A stretch of DNA of 52,399 nucleotides, counting the filler, from Bipalium vagum (lineage: Eukaryota), in assembly GCA_037834085.1 (NCBI GenBank). It is 2 parts of 2 records of this genome, joined end to end, with 100 filler letters (N's around TTAATTAATTAA, not from the genome) between each part and the next. Parts side by side here need not be neighbours in the genome. Positions count along the whole stretch, not along the records: positions 1 to 31,968 come from JBBMKC010243708.1; 1 more part is not named here. The stretch is one strand, 5' to 3'. The position numbers and the translations under genes are program-made. The stretch's first letter is position 1, and every line of letters begins with the position of its first letter. Under the pieces are notes generated by a model. It ran no database searches. It was not told the DNA's origin and saw nothing but the letters and a program-made list of their open reading frames with translations. This document shows positions 1 to 14,960 of this stretch, piece after piece.

Positions 1-429
1 TGTTTAACAATTGTTTAACAAGATATATACTATATTTTACATTACAATTGACTTTTTCATGCAAACAAATAAAGTTCTATAAAAATTACAACTAATAGTC
101 TGTAAAAAGTTTTTATTGCCTACTCATGCACACAATACTCATGCACACAATAAAGTTTTGGGATCACAAATGGGATTGATGCACTCAATAAAGTTTTAGA
201 ATCACAAATGAGATTGTTTAATAGGATTTGTTGTTGTTCCTTTTGCTGCTATTAGAGGTATCGGCTGAGATGGCTTTGATGACTGAACTCCAGATGACTG
301 AACTCCTCGTAGTCTCCACAATATATATTTTGGAAATAACTTGTCAATTGATATAAATATAACTAACATGAAGCACCAACACCATCTGGACATTATCACA
401 GCCCGACTGATACCAGAAAAGTTTTGAAG

Positions 430-950
430 GCATGAGCCTAGACAATTTTATTAAAGAATGCGAAAAGTATTTCGCGTTGTTGAAGTTTCCGAATTCGTTT
501 AGGGCAACATTTGTGATGAGGTTTTAGATCAAGAATTGATTCTTATTTATGAAGCTGTAAGCATAGATTTGAAGAGCTTTGATGAAAAGATTCACAAAGC
601 GTTTTAAAAAAAGCTTGATAGTAGAAGATTTACAATCAGCTCTCAATTACAAAAGGACAAATGAACCAGCGGGAAAATATTTCGAAAAAAATGATAAACT
701 GATCGATAAATTGCTCTCACATATGCGGGAAAAGGATTCATTGGTAAACCCTTTGTTGGTACACTGTAAAAATGACCCGGGAGTTAAAAGAGAGTTGTGC
801 ATCCAGGAAGTTAAAGGAAAAGAAATGAAGAAAACAATAAATTGATGGACGAGTATAGAGCAGAACTAGAGAAGATAAATGCAGCTTGATAGCCTAGAAC
901 AAATAGAAAAGGAAGGCAAGACGACAGGAGGACACCACTCGGAAACAGAA
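430..950 (+). mobile_element. Possible LTR-retrotransposon gag-like remnant
   Basis: Frameshifted helical coding-like segment (FIKECEKYFALL..., LQSALNYKRTNEPAGKYF) loosely resembling retrotransposon gag; no zinc knuckle or pol seen. Confidence 0.35.
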
Positions 951-1659
951 AATTAGTTAAACATGTTAGTTAATCCCTATTCGTTTGATATTTATTATTT
1001 ATATTTATAGTTAATATAAATAATATATTATAATTATATCAATCTTTTATGTGTTTTGGTATATACTTAAATAAGAGACAGCAATCTTATAGTTTGAGCT
1101 ACGAACAAAAGTTGACAGTTGGACAGATTAAGAGTTTGGTAAGAATAATTTTTATCTCAAGGAAACTTCAACATATTTTTCGAAATACACTTGAAATTTT
1201 TTTATTTCATGATATAATTTTTATAAATTATTAAAATTTTCAATAACACTAATTTTTAAAAAATATTTAATTTCATTAATAAAAAATAAAAAATTGTGAT
1301 TCGCTAACAAAAGACAGAAAATGTTGACTAAAATTTTTAACTTAAGATTTTAAAATTAGATTTAAATATATAATTATAAATTATGTGATAATATGTAAAA
1401 TTTCAAGATTTAATTGAGAGAATAAGGATTTTCAAAATAAATAATATGAGATTTAAAATATTTTAATGAAATTGTAATATCTATAGATTTGTTAATCTGA
1501 AGTAATAACAAGTTATTTAAAATGTTAAATTATCACTATTTTAATTTTTCACTTATTCTAAAGTAATTTGGCACAGAGTATTTTTAATAAGTTGATAAAT
1601 AGCTTTTAAAATAAATTTTTGAACCAATATCAAACCAGAAGTATTTATCCTAATCAATA

Positions 1660-4600
1660 ATGAGCGAAACCGATACAGAAGAATATTATGATGCTGAAGA
1701 TGATAATTGTAAATTAAATTTTTAAAAAATTTCTATTCTTAATTCAATTTTTTAGCCAAAAACGATAATCTTATTTATACATTCAGGTAAGGTTTTCAGT
1801 TTATTTTTCAAAACTGTAATCAATCTTTTAGAACTGAGTTGCCAAAAATTATGCCTTCTAAAGCCAATTTTAGTGTATGGACATTTTTGAAACAATGTAT
1901 TGGAAAAGTTTGTGTCTGTTTTCATGATATTTGGTTAATCTTTTGTATGATAAGGAATTGTCTAAGATAACTATGCCTATAGTTTTCAATGAACCCATTA
2001 GCTTTTTGCAAAGGTTAACTGAGTATGTTGAATATTCTGAACTTATTGACGAGGCTGCAGCTGAACCAGATCCTGTCAAACGGATGGAGGTAGGCAAAGA
2101 GTGTAAATTTGTTGTTTAATTTTAGATGATATTAAGATGGAATTATAATTAAGTTATTTTTATTAATATTAGCATTAATTTTCATATTTTAATTAAATAA
2201 TTTTATTTTTAAATTCCAAAAAGAATAGAAATCGATTTTTAATAATAACTTATTGAATTTAAATTGCTTAACATTTATCTTAATTTCTTTATAATTTTAT
2301 ATTTGCTTAGAAAATATGATATTTAAAGTAAATTGTTCTAGTTTCTCTGATACTCAGAATGTGTGTGAGACAGTCTTTTCGTGATTATAAATATATATAA
2401 TTAACCAAAAAACACCTAAAATTTTCTTAACTGATCAACTCGTATTTCTGTTCAATCTTAATAATTAATTAATCAATGTATGTAATTCTAAAATATAAAT
2501 TTATTGTAAAATCGATTATTAAATGAATCATTAATTAATTAAATTATTATTTTTTTATTGATCATGTAGTTTTGTGATATAAATATATATAATTATCAAT
2601 AATAGCAATAATAAAATAATGTCAAATAAAATAAAATCAGATAATTTAGTGTTGTCATTTGCTTAATTTTAATTTTCATCTTTCCTTTTTATAATTGTTG
2701 CCACATAAATTAATAAAAGACTGCTTTATAAATTGTTTGAAATCATATTTCAAAAAAGATTATCGAATTGGTGTCATGAAAATTCTTTCATCAAATTCTA
2801 AATATTTACAAATCTGAACTTAATGGAAAATGAGATTGATATCTTGTGCACTTTTCACATTCCTATCAAATCGATTCTTGTCTTTTGTGCTTTATTCTTT
2901 TATAATGAACCGGAAAACAATAACCGCATAATTGTTATGTAATCATTTTCTAAAATTATAACTGAATACATTGAATAAGTCTTTCATGTAATCAATGGGA
3001 TTCCTAACATTACTTCAATTAGAAATGTATTTTTTCCGAGTCTTTTTCAGTCTTCATTCTTAACATTGTTACTTTTATGGCCAATAATTATTTCCTCTCA
3101 AGTTTTTATTTTCTGAAATGTAAACTCGTAAATTTTATGTGCTCGCAGGTAGAATCTTTATCTAATTAAAATTTCGTTTTTTAAAATTAATACATGGATG
3201 ATATCTACAATATTCTTTTCTTGACCACTTTTAGTGTATAAGAATGATAATTTAATTTCTCTATATTGTTTCACACTACACTTTGAATCGAAATTGTTTT
3301 TTAATCTTGAAGAGAGTAGTTTTGTTATATAGATCTAGAGATGAATTTCAGAGAAATGAGTCGAATGACTTATTAATTGTTTTTTTGTAAAATGAATATT
3401 GAATTTTATTGATTAACCTTATAGTTACAATAAATAATGCAATATTTTGATTTTTTTAAAATTTACATAAATCATTCTTGGTAACAATAATTTTTTTTCT
3501 GTATATAAAAAAAGAATAGAAGAACCATTAAGTATTTTAAATGGTCTTAAATCAATTTTTGTTAAGAAAATCTGTGCCTTTGCAGTGTCCGGTGGAGCTT
3601 CAAGTTGGGGTAGAATCGGAAAGCCATTCAATCCACTGCTAGGTGAAACGTACGAAATTATTCGACCAAACTTCAGATATATTTCAGAACAGGTGAAATA
3701 AGTTAATTTTAATTAATCGATCAAAAAATATGAAAATTGTTTTTTTTAACTCTTATCGATTGATTATCTGATTTTAGCATTTTCATTTAATCACTTGATT
3801 AATACTTTATTTATTACGTACAATTATAACTTATATCAAAACCAAAACATTTTCTACTTTCATTTCGATTACTCGACTCTCTTGACTTACCTTGCAAAAC
3901 ATGAGATAATTGTGAATTACGTAGGTGAAATTTTGAAAACAAAACGGATTAAACGATTTTTCTCTAACCAATCAATAGTATTATTTTAGATTCAAATTTC
4001 AAGGTGTGAAGGCCTATAGAAATACATAACGATTTTCTTTCTATCAAGGTCATTAAAAGAGTGACAGGCAGAACGACTTTAAATAGATTCAAGTGTCTAT
4101 TGTTCAGATATTTTATAAACGAAAATTAACAAACCACACATTTTCTCATTAATGAATAAACAACCAAGGCTATACAGTAAGGGTTTTCTGAAATAAAAGA
4201 AATGTGTAATGTAGGAGTTTTGATTATTCCTTGAAGATCACATGATTTTAAAACCTCGCTCGAACATATTCCAGAAATATGACAGAGCTGATAATAATGA
4301 TTTTCCAAAATTTTTCTTCTAGTGAAGTATATTTTTAATATTAAACGTATTTTTAAAAAATAAGTTTAAGCTTATTTACATCAATCAATTAAGATTATTA
4401 TTTTAATAAAATTAAAACTCAAAACAGGTTTTTGGACAATATCAAATAAAGAATGGGAATGCAACACCTAAATTTTTAACGAGTGATAAGTGATTGGAAA
4501 CTGCATCTTTTGTCAATGTTTAAATCGTTGGTTATTCAATAATAAATCATTTTTTGTAAATACAAAAGTTTTTGTGATTGGTAATTGGTTCATAATCTGT

Positions 4601-7600
4601 CGTATCACAATCAGAACTTCCTCAGTAAAAGAAATGAAATAAATTCAAATGTAAGTAGAAATTGGAAATAAAGATAAAACATTTTTACACTAACAAGTTT
4701 TTTGTATTTTTAATTTCAAATATTTAGAAAAAGTAATATATAATATTTGTGAAGAATGTAATTAATAATAATCAATCTTTGGTCTATTGAGATTTTTTAT
4801 TATTGATTTTAATTTTTTTTAATATATTAAAAATTATAATATCAGTAAATTTTAATGAATTAGTAATTAATCAATAACTGTTTGTTATTTAAACTTTATT
4901 AAATCAAATAATGTCACAAGTTCTCAAGCTTAAGTATTTTGTTGTTTCGTCCATAGTTAAAATTCTGCATAAATTATTTAGAACTTAATTATTTTATCAT
5001 CGGTTATAATAATCTATTCAAAGATTTTTTGGGTTCTTTAGAATGAAAATTTATAATTTTTTGAAAAAGAAACATTTTTAAATTTTTGTAAAATATTGAT
5101 ACATCATTTGAAAATATAAAAAGTTTACTTAATTTTCTATGAATTAGCCAATACTTGGTTGACATTTCCAAATATAATTTTTAACTCCATTAAAAAATTT
5201 ACTTCATAATATTGATAAATAATATTGCAAATGCACATTGTATAATATCTCAAAATACCTTAAAAGGTAGTTTAATAAAGGTCAATTAATTGGTTTAATT
5301 GATTAACATTTTTAAGTACATTTATTTATATTTTAAGTTTTAAGATTTTTAATTTGTTAAGAAATCACTGAATTATATTGACTTTTAAATATGTAATTCT
5401 CACTTATTATAATTTTTAATTTTTGAAATTTATTGATTTAAAAATCAACAACTAATCATTTAATAATAATATAAAAACTTATTTTTATTTTTACAATAGT
5501 TATTTAAAATTTAAATTAATTAAAACAATGAATTTTAATTATTAATGAGAGAAAGTTCAAGAGGAACACATTTAGATCTCTGATAAACGTGACTGATCAA
5601 AAAGTTGGAGATTTTTTCATCAAGTCCAAATTAAAGTAACTTTCATAATTTGAAAAAAATCTTAAAGATTTTGGAAAAAAATCAGGGAGATCTTTACCAT
5701 ATCTCTATAAACAGACATCATTTTCTTTTTTAAATTGTCAATTAATTAATAAAAAATGAAATTGTGTTTATTATAATTCATAGATCTCTCATCATCCTCC
5801 TATGAGTGCTTTTTATGCCGAATCGCCTGTGTTCAAATTCTATGGGTCTATTCATCCGAAATTAAATTTCTGGGGGAAATCAGTGGTAGTCACTCCCAAG
5901 GGTAATATAACACTAGAACTGCTTCCATGGAACGAAGTTTACACATGGCAAAATGTCGTTTGTACCGTACACAATGTTATAATTGGAAAGATTTGGATTG
6001 AACAGGTATATAGAAAGATTGGTTTAATATATTAATCGAAATTTAATTAATCTAACCAAAATCATGTTGTATAAATCTTAAATATCGGTTAACACTTGTA
6101 ATATTAAAAAAAGGATTTTGATTTATTTGATTTTGAAAAAAATTTGATTTTATTATTTATACCCTCATATTTTTAATTTATTCTCTCCAAATATGAAGGA
6201 ATAACAGTTTTATTTTTTGGTTTATAATAGATTTATATTTATCGGAAATTATTTATGTGATGATATTGTAAATATTTATCTTATTGATTTCACTTTCACA
6301 AGTATAGAAAATCAATATTTTGGAATTTATAAAAAATAATATAAATATGTAGAAAAAAAATAAAATTACATTATTTTGGCTTATAATTTTTAGTGTTCAA
6401 TCAATATTGTTAGGCTTATAATCTAATCATAAAATATATTGAAAAATGGACGTTAAGTATTTTTTGTATTTTATCGATAACTATAATATTAGAGAAAACA
6501 GATTCATTATTTTTTTAATTTTAATTTGTCACTGAGTAAGCATGATTAAAAAAATTAAATGGATATTTTTTCTAAGAATATTTTATATTTTTATATCCGA
6601 CAGATGTCAAATACATAAAATAGATTTCTTAAAGAAAATTTTTACAATTTTATTTAGAAATTCCTTGTAAATTGATCAATGGAAAACTTTTCGTCTGTTA
6701 TGTTGTCCCATAAAAGTGAAACTTATTATTAAGTTCTTTATTTTTCATTTTACAAGACAAAATTCACTTACAAAATAAATCCATCATTTTGTCAGACAAG
6801 AGCCAAACACTTGGCTATCTTTTGGATTCTTTTTTTATACCATTCTGCTTGTCTGAAGTTTAAAATCTTAGTCAGTGCTTCATGAAGAGCTTCTCAAAGT
6901 ACTGTCCTCCGAGAAAATGGGAAATTGATCGAAACAAATGAGAGTCAGAAGCTGCGACATCTGGAGAGTACGAAGGATGTGACAATAGTTTAATTCCATC
7001 AAGGCTATTGATAGTTGCCATTGATTTTCATGAAGTTTGATGCTTTGTGTTATCCGCTTGTAATGAAACGTTTGTTCCGATTTATTAATGGATATTTTGT
7101 TGACATAACTTCATCTAATCTCTTCAGTTGTGCCAAATAAATGTCCGAGTTTAAATTATTATCAACTTGTAAAAGTTCAAAGAAAAGGATTCCATTACAA
7201 TTCCAAAGAACGTACAATATGACCTTTTACAAAGTATACTTTAGGACAAGAAACGATCAGCTCATTTGTAGATTGCCATTGATATTTTCTGTTTGAATTA
7301 TTAAATAAATCCTTTGAAAAAAAAATGTCAAGACATTTTTTCCTGACTTTTTGACAGTTCATAAGGGTCGACTTGAGGCCTCTATTTTTTCTCAATAGTA
7401 GTAGATGTCGTTGGATGGTGGACTTTGAAGAACCAACAACAGAGGCTAATTCACAGATTATTGAGATGGATATGATTTATGAGATCCTATCAAGATATCA
7501 TTATTAAACACAAATACCCTTCCGCGATACTTGGCTGACGCTGGAGGCTAGTGTCACCCAATTTGAACCTTGCAAACAACTTCTTGTTTATCTCACCTTC

Positions 7601-10600
7601 AATTTCTGTAATAAAACGGATGGCTTCTGATGTGGACAACTTTTGCCAATGATGTTATAAAATTACTAAAACGTCATATTTTACGATTTATGGTATTACT
7701 TCTCCCTTCAACTGTTAACAGCTCTTGTGTATATTAATGATCTTCATATTTTATTGTTTCATAAAATTAAGATTTTTGTCAACCAATAAATTTTTAATCT
7801 TACTTGTTCAATATTATCGATTATTAATAAATGAAAAAATAATAAAATATATATTCATACATATTTTATATTATATTTTTATCAAATGCATTAATAGCTT
7901 TTAATAATGTAACATTGTTTTATAATTTATTTTATTTATTATGAGAATATATGTAGTCAGAATTAAATAATTTTTACATGAATAACATTGTTATTTTGCA
8001 AATTTATTTATTTTACTCATTATAATTCTTTTAAATTCAGAACTTTTGTTTTGAGAAAATCTCCATAACGCTAAATTTACTGGCATTAATTTTCACACTA
8101 ATAATAATATAATAAATTAATAATAAATGACAGTTTTTCTGAATTCGTACAAAAATTTTATTGTGACCTTAATTCAGTATAACACATTGAATCATCAAAG
8201 TTTTATTCATAATTTCTTATTTAAAATTATTTTCACGCGTCGTATAATTTGAAGGTTTTTTTTATTCATATACTGATACATTATCTGATACACTTTGTCC
8301 AAAATCCTTCTGTGTGTACCACATTGAATTATTTGTTCACCGATAAGTAACAATCAATAAATAATAAAATAATAATATTATTATTATTGAATATTATCGG
8401 TAAATTGAATCTTAATCTTTTAATATACAGCTATAAAAATATTTAAATTTTGAAAGAAGTTAATTTGTATAATTATTCTTTAACATTTTTTATTAAAATA
8501 AATCATTTCTAAAAATATTGAAATTGATAAACACATTCAGTAAAACAACATTGTGCTTGTGTTGTAAAATCCACCATTTTAATAACCACTTACTTTACTC
8601 TTCATCCTTAACATTTGTTTATAATTTTTTTTTCTTTGATCTTATTATAATGTTTTATCTTATTAGCGTGTCTTTCTAATATTTCTGAATTTTTTTAATC
8701 TATTCATTTTATTTTATTTTATATTTCTGAAATTTTTTATAAATTTTTATTTATCAATTTATTCTGATTCTTAATTTTTTAATTCTGTGTTTAAAAAATA
8801 CATTCATTTATTTTTGGAATTAATAACACTAATTACTGAATCGATTTTAAAGTCTTTCAAATATTTTCATTAATAGCAATGATAATAATAATTATTATTA
8901 TAATTAGTGAGATAAAAAGTAATTATTTTATTGTAATATAATTTTGAAATAACTTCCAAAATATTTTAAATTTTGCTAAAATCAAAATTAATGACTTGCA
9001 CACTTATCATATTTCCAGAAGCTGTTACTATTAATAGTTATATTTTATTATTTAATTATTTTATTTAATGTATTCATTAAAATTGATTTAAATATCTCTA
9101 GATTTTAAATATACCATTTTTAACAATTAAGGTTTTTACAATTTGACAAGTGATTATATATATAAATTTTAAATAAATGAAGAATTTGCAAAATTTATGT
9201 TTAATGAATGAACGAAAACCAATATCAAACTGAATGGTTCTCCGAAGTGTAATTTAATCTATTTAATCTGAAATTTGTTATTTTAATATTTATCTTTTCT
9301 CTGTTTATTCAAGAGCGGTCCAATGAGAATTATCAACCATTCCAACAATTGTATTGCCGATCTGACTTTTCATTCTGTGGGATGGTTTGGCAAAAACATT
9401 CACAGAGTTGATGGAAACATATATTTTGCTCAACGGAAATCGCGAAAGGTGGAACGAAATATTTATGGAAAATGGACCGAAGCTTTATTCTCCGTCAGTC
9501 CTGAAGTGTGGAATGAAGAGTCGCCGAATTCCAGAAAAAATTTCAACGCCAGTGATAATATTGATTCTGATTCTGTAAGAATTATCAATTTTATTGATTA
9601 AATATGATTTTTAATTAGTTTTATATTTTCATTTTATTAATTTATGATTATAAATTTAGGTTAAAGTTTTATTGTTATTGTTATTTATTATATAATTATT
9701 TTTTTATTATTTCAATCTCACCAGTATTTTAAAATATTAGTTTCATAATTTATATCTGAGATTATATTTTTCACTAATTTGAAAATCGTTAACAACAGAA
9801 ACTATTATACATAAATATTATTAAATAATATTGATTAATTCTTTGCTAAAAATCGGAAATTCAGCTAATTTTTTTACATAGAATTACTACTATTTATTAT
9901 GGAAAAATGGAAGCAGCATTATAAAACGCGATCATTAAGTCATTGTACAAAAAATGTTGATTAAATTCATTGATTAATGGTTTCTTCCGGCTACATGAAA
10001 GTTAGTGAGTGAAAGGGCCTAATTAAGAATTAATAACAATCGATGGTGTATCAATTTTTTATCTTTTTTTTTCGACTAAGGGCTTTTTAGAATTTTTAAA
10101 AATCTAGCCTTGGTTTGTGTGAGGTATATTGAAAATTAGTCGGTGGATGTAGCTCAGCGGTCAGAGAAGTGCAGCGCATGTGAAGGTCCCGGGTTCGAAT
10201 CCCGGTATCTCCGATTAATTTTCAACTAACAGTTTGAAATAAATTTATTTATCTCTGTTTGTATTTTTGTGTTCAACTAAAAGTATAATCCAAAAACCGA
10301 ATTAATTTGTCCCATTTTTGCGTTGTTTAATTCAAGTTAAAAGCATGAGTTTTTGACAGTAAAAAATAGTTTTAAACGTAGCAGAAGTATTAAATCGTTA
10401 TTGGATTAATCTTTAACTATTTTCGTTTTCAATATTGATTTTTTACTGTCAGTCATTTTTTCTTAAAAAAAGTCAATCTTGTCATTTATTAATAACTGAT
10501 TTTAATAAAATGAGATTCAACATTAATTAGTTTTTGTTTATATTTTCATGGAAAATTGGGATATTTTGAAATAATTTTTAATTATTAATATATATTATTA

Positions 10601-13600
10601 AATGCTATTAATTGAATTTTTGGCTACAAATTAGTACAAAACTAATTATTTTTATATAAAAATATTTTTGACAAATTAAAAATTATTTCCAACTAATCAT
10701 TGTTTCACTCAATAGCACTTATAAATGATTTTATTATGTTGAAAAAATTCCTCTTCAAAGTCCAATAGGCTTGTCTTTTATATTATGTTTATCGATCGCT
10801 ATGGAATACAGAAATTAAAGTAATTGTTTGAAAGAGACAATTCTTCAATGACAATGGAGGAGTCAAAATCATAATTTTTATGAATTTCTGCTCTCAGTGA
10901 ATTTAGAAATAGCTTTATCATTTTCGTTAAGGTTTCCTTAGTTAAAATAAATAGATCACTTGATATGCTTTCTTATCATTTTATTCTCATTTATCCAAAT
11001 TTGTTACAATAAGAAGAAATTGGCAAATTTTGGATTATCTGTTGTTCGTAGATGAAACATGAATTGTTTCTATTTATTTATTTATTTCTATAATTGAGTA
11101 ATATTATGCATTATAATATGTTTATTAATTCCCTTCCGATCATTCAATATATCAAATTCATTATATTATTTGATCTACAAGTAGAAAATTTTCTATTTAG
11201 TAAATAGGTCCAAAGTCACAATCTAACCGAAATTTTTTTCTTAAATAAGTAAATTTTTTAAAAAATGTAATCAATAATTAATAATAATAACAATTCTTCT
11301 TTGTTTTAATATGTCAAACAAATAGCAAAAATTCAAATGACTACCAAAAAAATGCATGCTATTTATTGCTTATTATTTGCGCCTTCCAATTGAAGAAAAC
11401 TGCGTGAGGCTAGACATACGATTATATCTGTTATGGCTGAAGACACAGTAAGGTATAAAACATCAAAAATTTGATTTAGCCGAATTAAAACCGGAAATTC
11501 GGATTTTTGAGGTTTTGAATGTTTTGGTTCAATAAAAGATTTCAGATAAAGACATTGAAATTTTTTTTGATGAAAATCCATGTAGGACGCAACCAGAGCT
11601 ATGAAATTTAAAATACACAGAAGACAATATCCCGCTGACTCAAACAACTAGGAAGGATTCTAAAAGTTGCAGACCGTTACCTCATAGTTTATCATTGGAC
11701 TCGGCAAAAAAATTTTCTTTTGAAAAGATGCTTTAGATTCTTAAGTTTAGTCTGTGTTTACCCATTTATAATTTTTCCAATCATTTCGGATAATGACTTA
11801 TTAACATGCAAAATGTGTAAAAAGTAATCAGACTTTAAAATGTAATGTTGGTAAATATTCTTGGGATAACACTGCAAAATTTTAACAGTGAAGTACATTT
11901 ATTTTAAAAATATATTTTTCAAAAGAAATCCATTTTTATAACTGATGATAAAAGAAATCAATATTTTTGCAAATTTTTTGCTGCCTCTTTTTTTTGAATC
12001 TGTCAGATCTTTTAGCTTCTTCGGCTTAGATTCGTTCTTCAACCTCTGACTATATTAACTTATTAAGCAATAAAATGTCAAATTCTATTTTACAGAAAAT
12101 AAAGATTGTTGTAAAACATTTAAAAATAAATGTTTTGCGTTGTTTTAAATGTGACACTTATTATACATAGCCTGTGCAAAATACAAAATATAAAAACATG
12201 ATTTAAAACTAAAACTGCAAAAATTATCAAAATATTTCAGACATCTGTTGACAGAAAATACCACGCACTTTTCTGCCGAAATCAATATTTTTATTATGAA
12301 TTTTTATCAACCACAACTGTTAAATGTTGTTGTTTTTCTAAGGACTTCAGAAATCTGAGACATTTTGTAAATGTTGTTTTTGAGAAGGGTATAAAATGTT
12401 TTATCATTTTTCATGCCACAAAATATTTTAAAATTTCTAACATTTCCCATATAATATAGAAAAGAATACCAGCTCTTTATTTGTCAAAGTTTCTTAAATG
12501 GATGTTTATAAATTCTTAAAGGATATTCTTAAAAGAATAATTTATTTACCTTCAAATCGACTCATTTGTTAATAAATATAAGATGTGGACATTTCATTTA
12601 ATTTTCGTGCATAATTTCTTATAAATTTAAATATATAAATTTCTTTCATATTATAAGTATCATTTTTTGAATATTGTTTAACATAAAATTTAATTATAAT
12701 TATTATAAGTGGATTAAATATTTATTTTAAGATACTCAAGTATTTTTTGCACATTAATCGATAATTTAAATAGATTTCAGTAATCGATTTTTAAAATTTT
12801 TTTAAAAATCCTTTTTTATGAATGAAGTTATTTATTTGTTTCATCAAATTCAGAAAGACGATGAGAACTTAAACGACGTTGATGATCCTCTACCTCAGGA
12901 CAACACACCTTGTGATATGAAGCTTTCAAACCAAAGACTTGTTTGGAAAGCGAAACCAAGACCAGAAAACAGCAGTTTTTTTTACAATTTCACAAGTTTT
13001 ACTTTGGGACTGAATCAAATTAACGAAAAACTCATAAAAGAAATAGCACCTACAGATTCTCGATTTCGCAAAGACATGAGATTTATGGAGGAGGGTTTGT
13101 TAGGTGAATAATCATATATTTTGTTATAATTTATGACTTTTTAATTAAATAAAATCAATATTACATCGCAATTATTGATTGCAACGAATTTTTTCCGAGA
13201 ACAGTCATTATCTATGTTTTTGTTCAATGAGACAAGGTACTTGTAGCAGAAAGATAAGTCATGTTTTCCAATAGCCGGTGACATTATTTTGAACAACATT
13301 TGAAAGATTTTCTTTATTTCACTCTCCATAAATTAATAAACACAATTTTCTTAGTAAATCTCTAAAACGCGAGTCAATGATAATAATAATAATTAATCAT
13401 TATAATAACAATAATAGAAATAATTGATTACTGTTTATCATTTATCCTCCCAAATGTGACAACGAGAAAGCAAGTGGGTAAAGAGAATATCGTCAAATGT
13501 AGTTTTTTTCCAAAAATGATTTTAAAACAAATGATAAATGTATGATATCGATTTCGTGAACAAAAAACTTTAGATTAATTTACTATTGATTATTCCAGTA

Positions 13601-14099
13601 ATTTATTATCAATATTATATTTTTCAGAACTCTATTTTATTTCAATTTTAAACGCAAGTTGATTTATTCCATCGATTTTTTTTCATGAAATCAAATTTTA
13701 ATAAGAAATAAACAAAGAAGTAAAATTAGGTTTTCATCAGTGAAGTAAAAAAGAGATCTTCTTAATAAAATATTCATCATTTATTTTCAAATATATTCTA
13801 TAATTTCGAAAAAATCTCATTTTGAAACGAATTTTTTGACAGATGATGCAGCCGATGCAAAGAATTATCTCGAAGAAAAACAAAGGACCAAACGAGCAAG
13901 CTTTAAGTCATCCAACTCGAAAAAATCAACATCATCCAATAAGAACTCGTCACTCCATGAAACCAATAATGCCAGCACTTCCAAAGAGGGTCCCAAATGG
14001 TTTTCAGAAAAACTAAACCCGTATTCAGACAAAATCGAGTGGCAATTCAATTCAGAATATTGGAAAAGAGATTGGAGTCATTGTCCTGACATCTTCTGA
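1660..14099 (+). CDS. OSBPL2: Oxysterol-binding protein-related protein, short ORP2/ORP1S type (FFAT + ORD), 468 aa; exons 1660-1708, 1756-1786, 1832-1907, 1955-2089, 3567-3692, 5784-6005, 9314-9574, 12854-13103, 13843-14099
   Basis: All introns are GT-AG with consistent phases. The joined protein has an N-terminal FFAT-like [54 protein letters not shown], the OSBP fingerprint EQISHHPP (split by an intron), [26 protein letters not shown] and C-terminal [13 protein letters not shown]2 versus OSBPL1A orthology is not resolved. Confidence 0.93.
6698..7788 (-). mobile_element. Decayed mariner element in OSBP intron 6
   Basis: Minus-strand [18 protein letters not shown] (mariner YSPDLAPSD motif) around 6930-6980; many stops and frameshifts; ends approximate. 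Confidence 0.8.
10142..10213 (+). tRNA. tRNA-Ala(CGC)-like sequence, probably a pseudo-tRNA or tRNA-derived Pol III element, in OSBP intron 7
   Basis: Perfect A box TAGCTCAGCGG and B box GGTTCGAATCC, T stem CCGGG/CCCGG, Ala-like ends GG(T)GGATG...TATCTCC, and CGC in the anticodon position. The anticodon stem is poorly paired, U33 is absent, and the acceptor stem has an extra T. Confidence 0.7.
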
Positions 14100-14960
14100 C
14101 ATCTGTTTATTTTTCTTAATTATAAATTTTCTTTATTCGTAAGACGACTAGTCAAAGTCACCTTTGAGAATTATGTTGGTTACATTGCCAAAAATAAATT
14201 ACTTTGTGGTATTTTGTAAAAAAATTATCGATTTTTTAAAAATTCTTATTTAATAGTAAAAAATAATCACGTAGAACAGGAATGATTGGTAAATGTCCAT
14301 CCATTAATCATTGAGAAAAGGGCTTAAGTAATGATATTGTAAAATTTATTTAAAATTAATTAATATTTTTCTTATGAACTTTGTGAAATTATTAATATAA
14401 ATTTGGCTGATTGACGGTATTTTACGTTTTAAATTATTTTTCTCAAATATCATTGGTTTCAATATGAAAAAAAATTTTCAATTTAAAAAAATACATTTCA
14501 TTTTCAGATGGATTCTGTTCTATAATTTTAATTTAAGACTCCAAATTATTTAAGAATTTTGATGTAATATAAAATAAGAATATCTTCAACTTTTTATATA
14601 AAAATATTTATTTTTGTTAACCAGATTACCCTAGTCCAGTTGATTCCGATAAAAATAGATTTTCCTGTTTTATCCGTCGTACGCAACTATCCACCGTGAA
14701 TGATTTTTCTTTCTTACAAGATTTGATTATAATTACGTGATTTAAATGATTAATGGTGTACCATGTTTATATGACATCTCTGCATGCATATGTAGATCTT
14801 TATTGACTTAAACCTTTTTTCTACAAGCAAGCTGACGACAAATAATTATATCACAAGCTTTATGAAGAAAATACACACCAAATATTGTAAACAATGCAGA
14901 ATAATACATTCGCGAAAATATTAATAAAATTGAAAGACGTTTGAAAATAAATGTGATTAC

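Noticed and set aside
11363-11647. 94-aa minus-strand ORF in an OSBP intron as a nested gene
   Set aside because: Non-ATG start, no recognisable motif or supporting splice structure.
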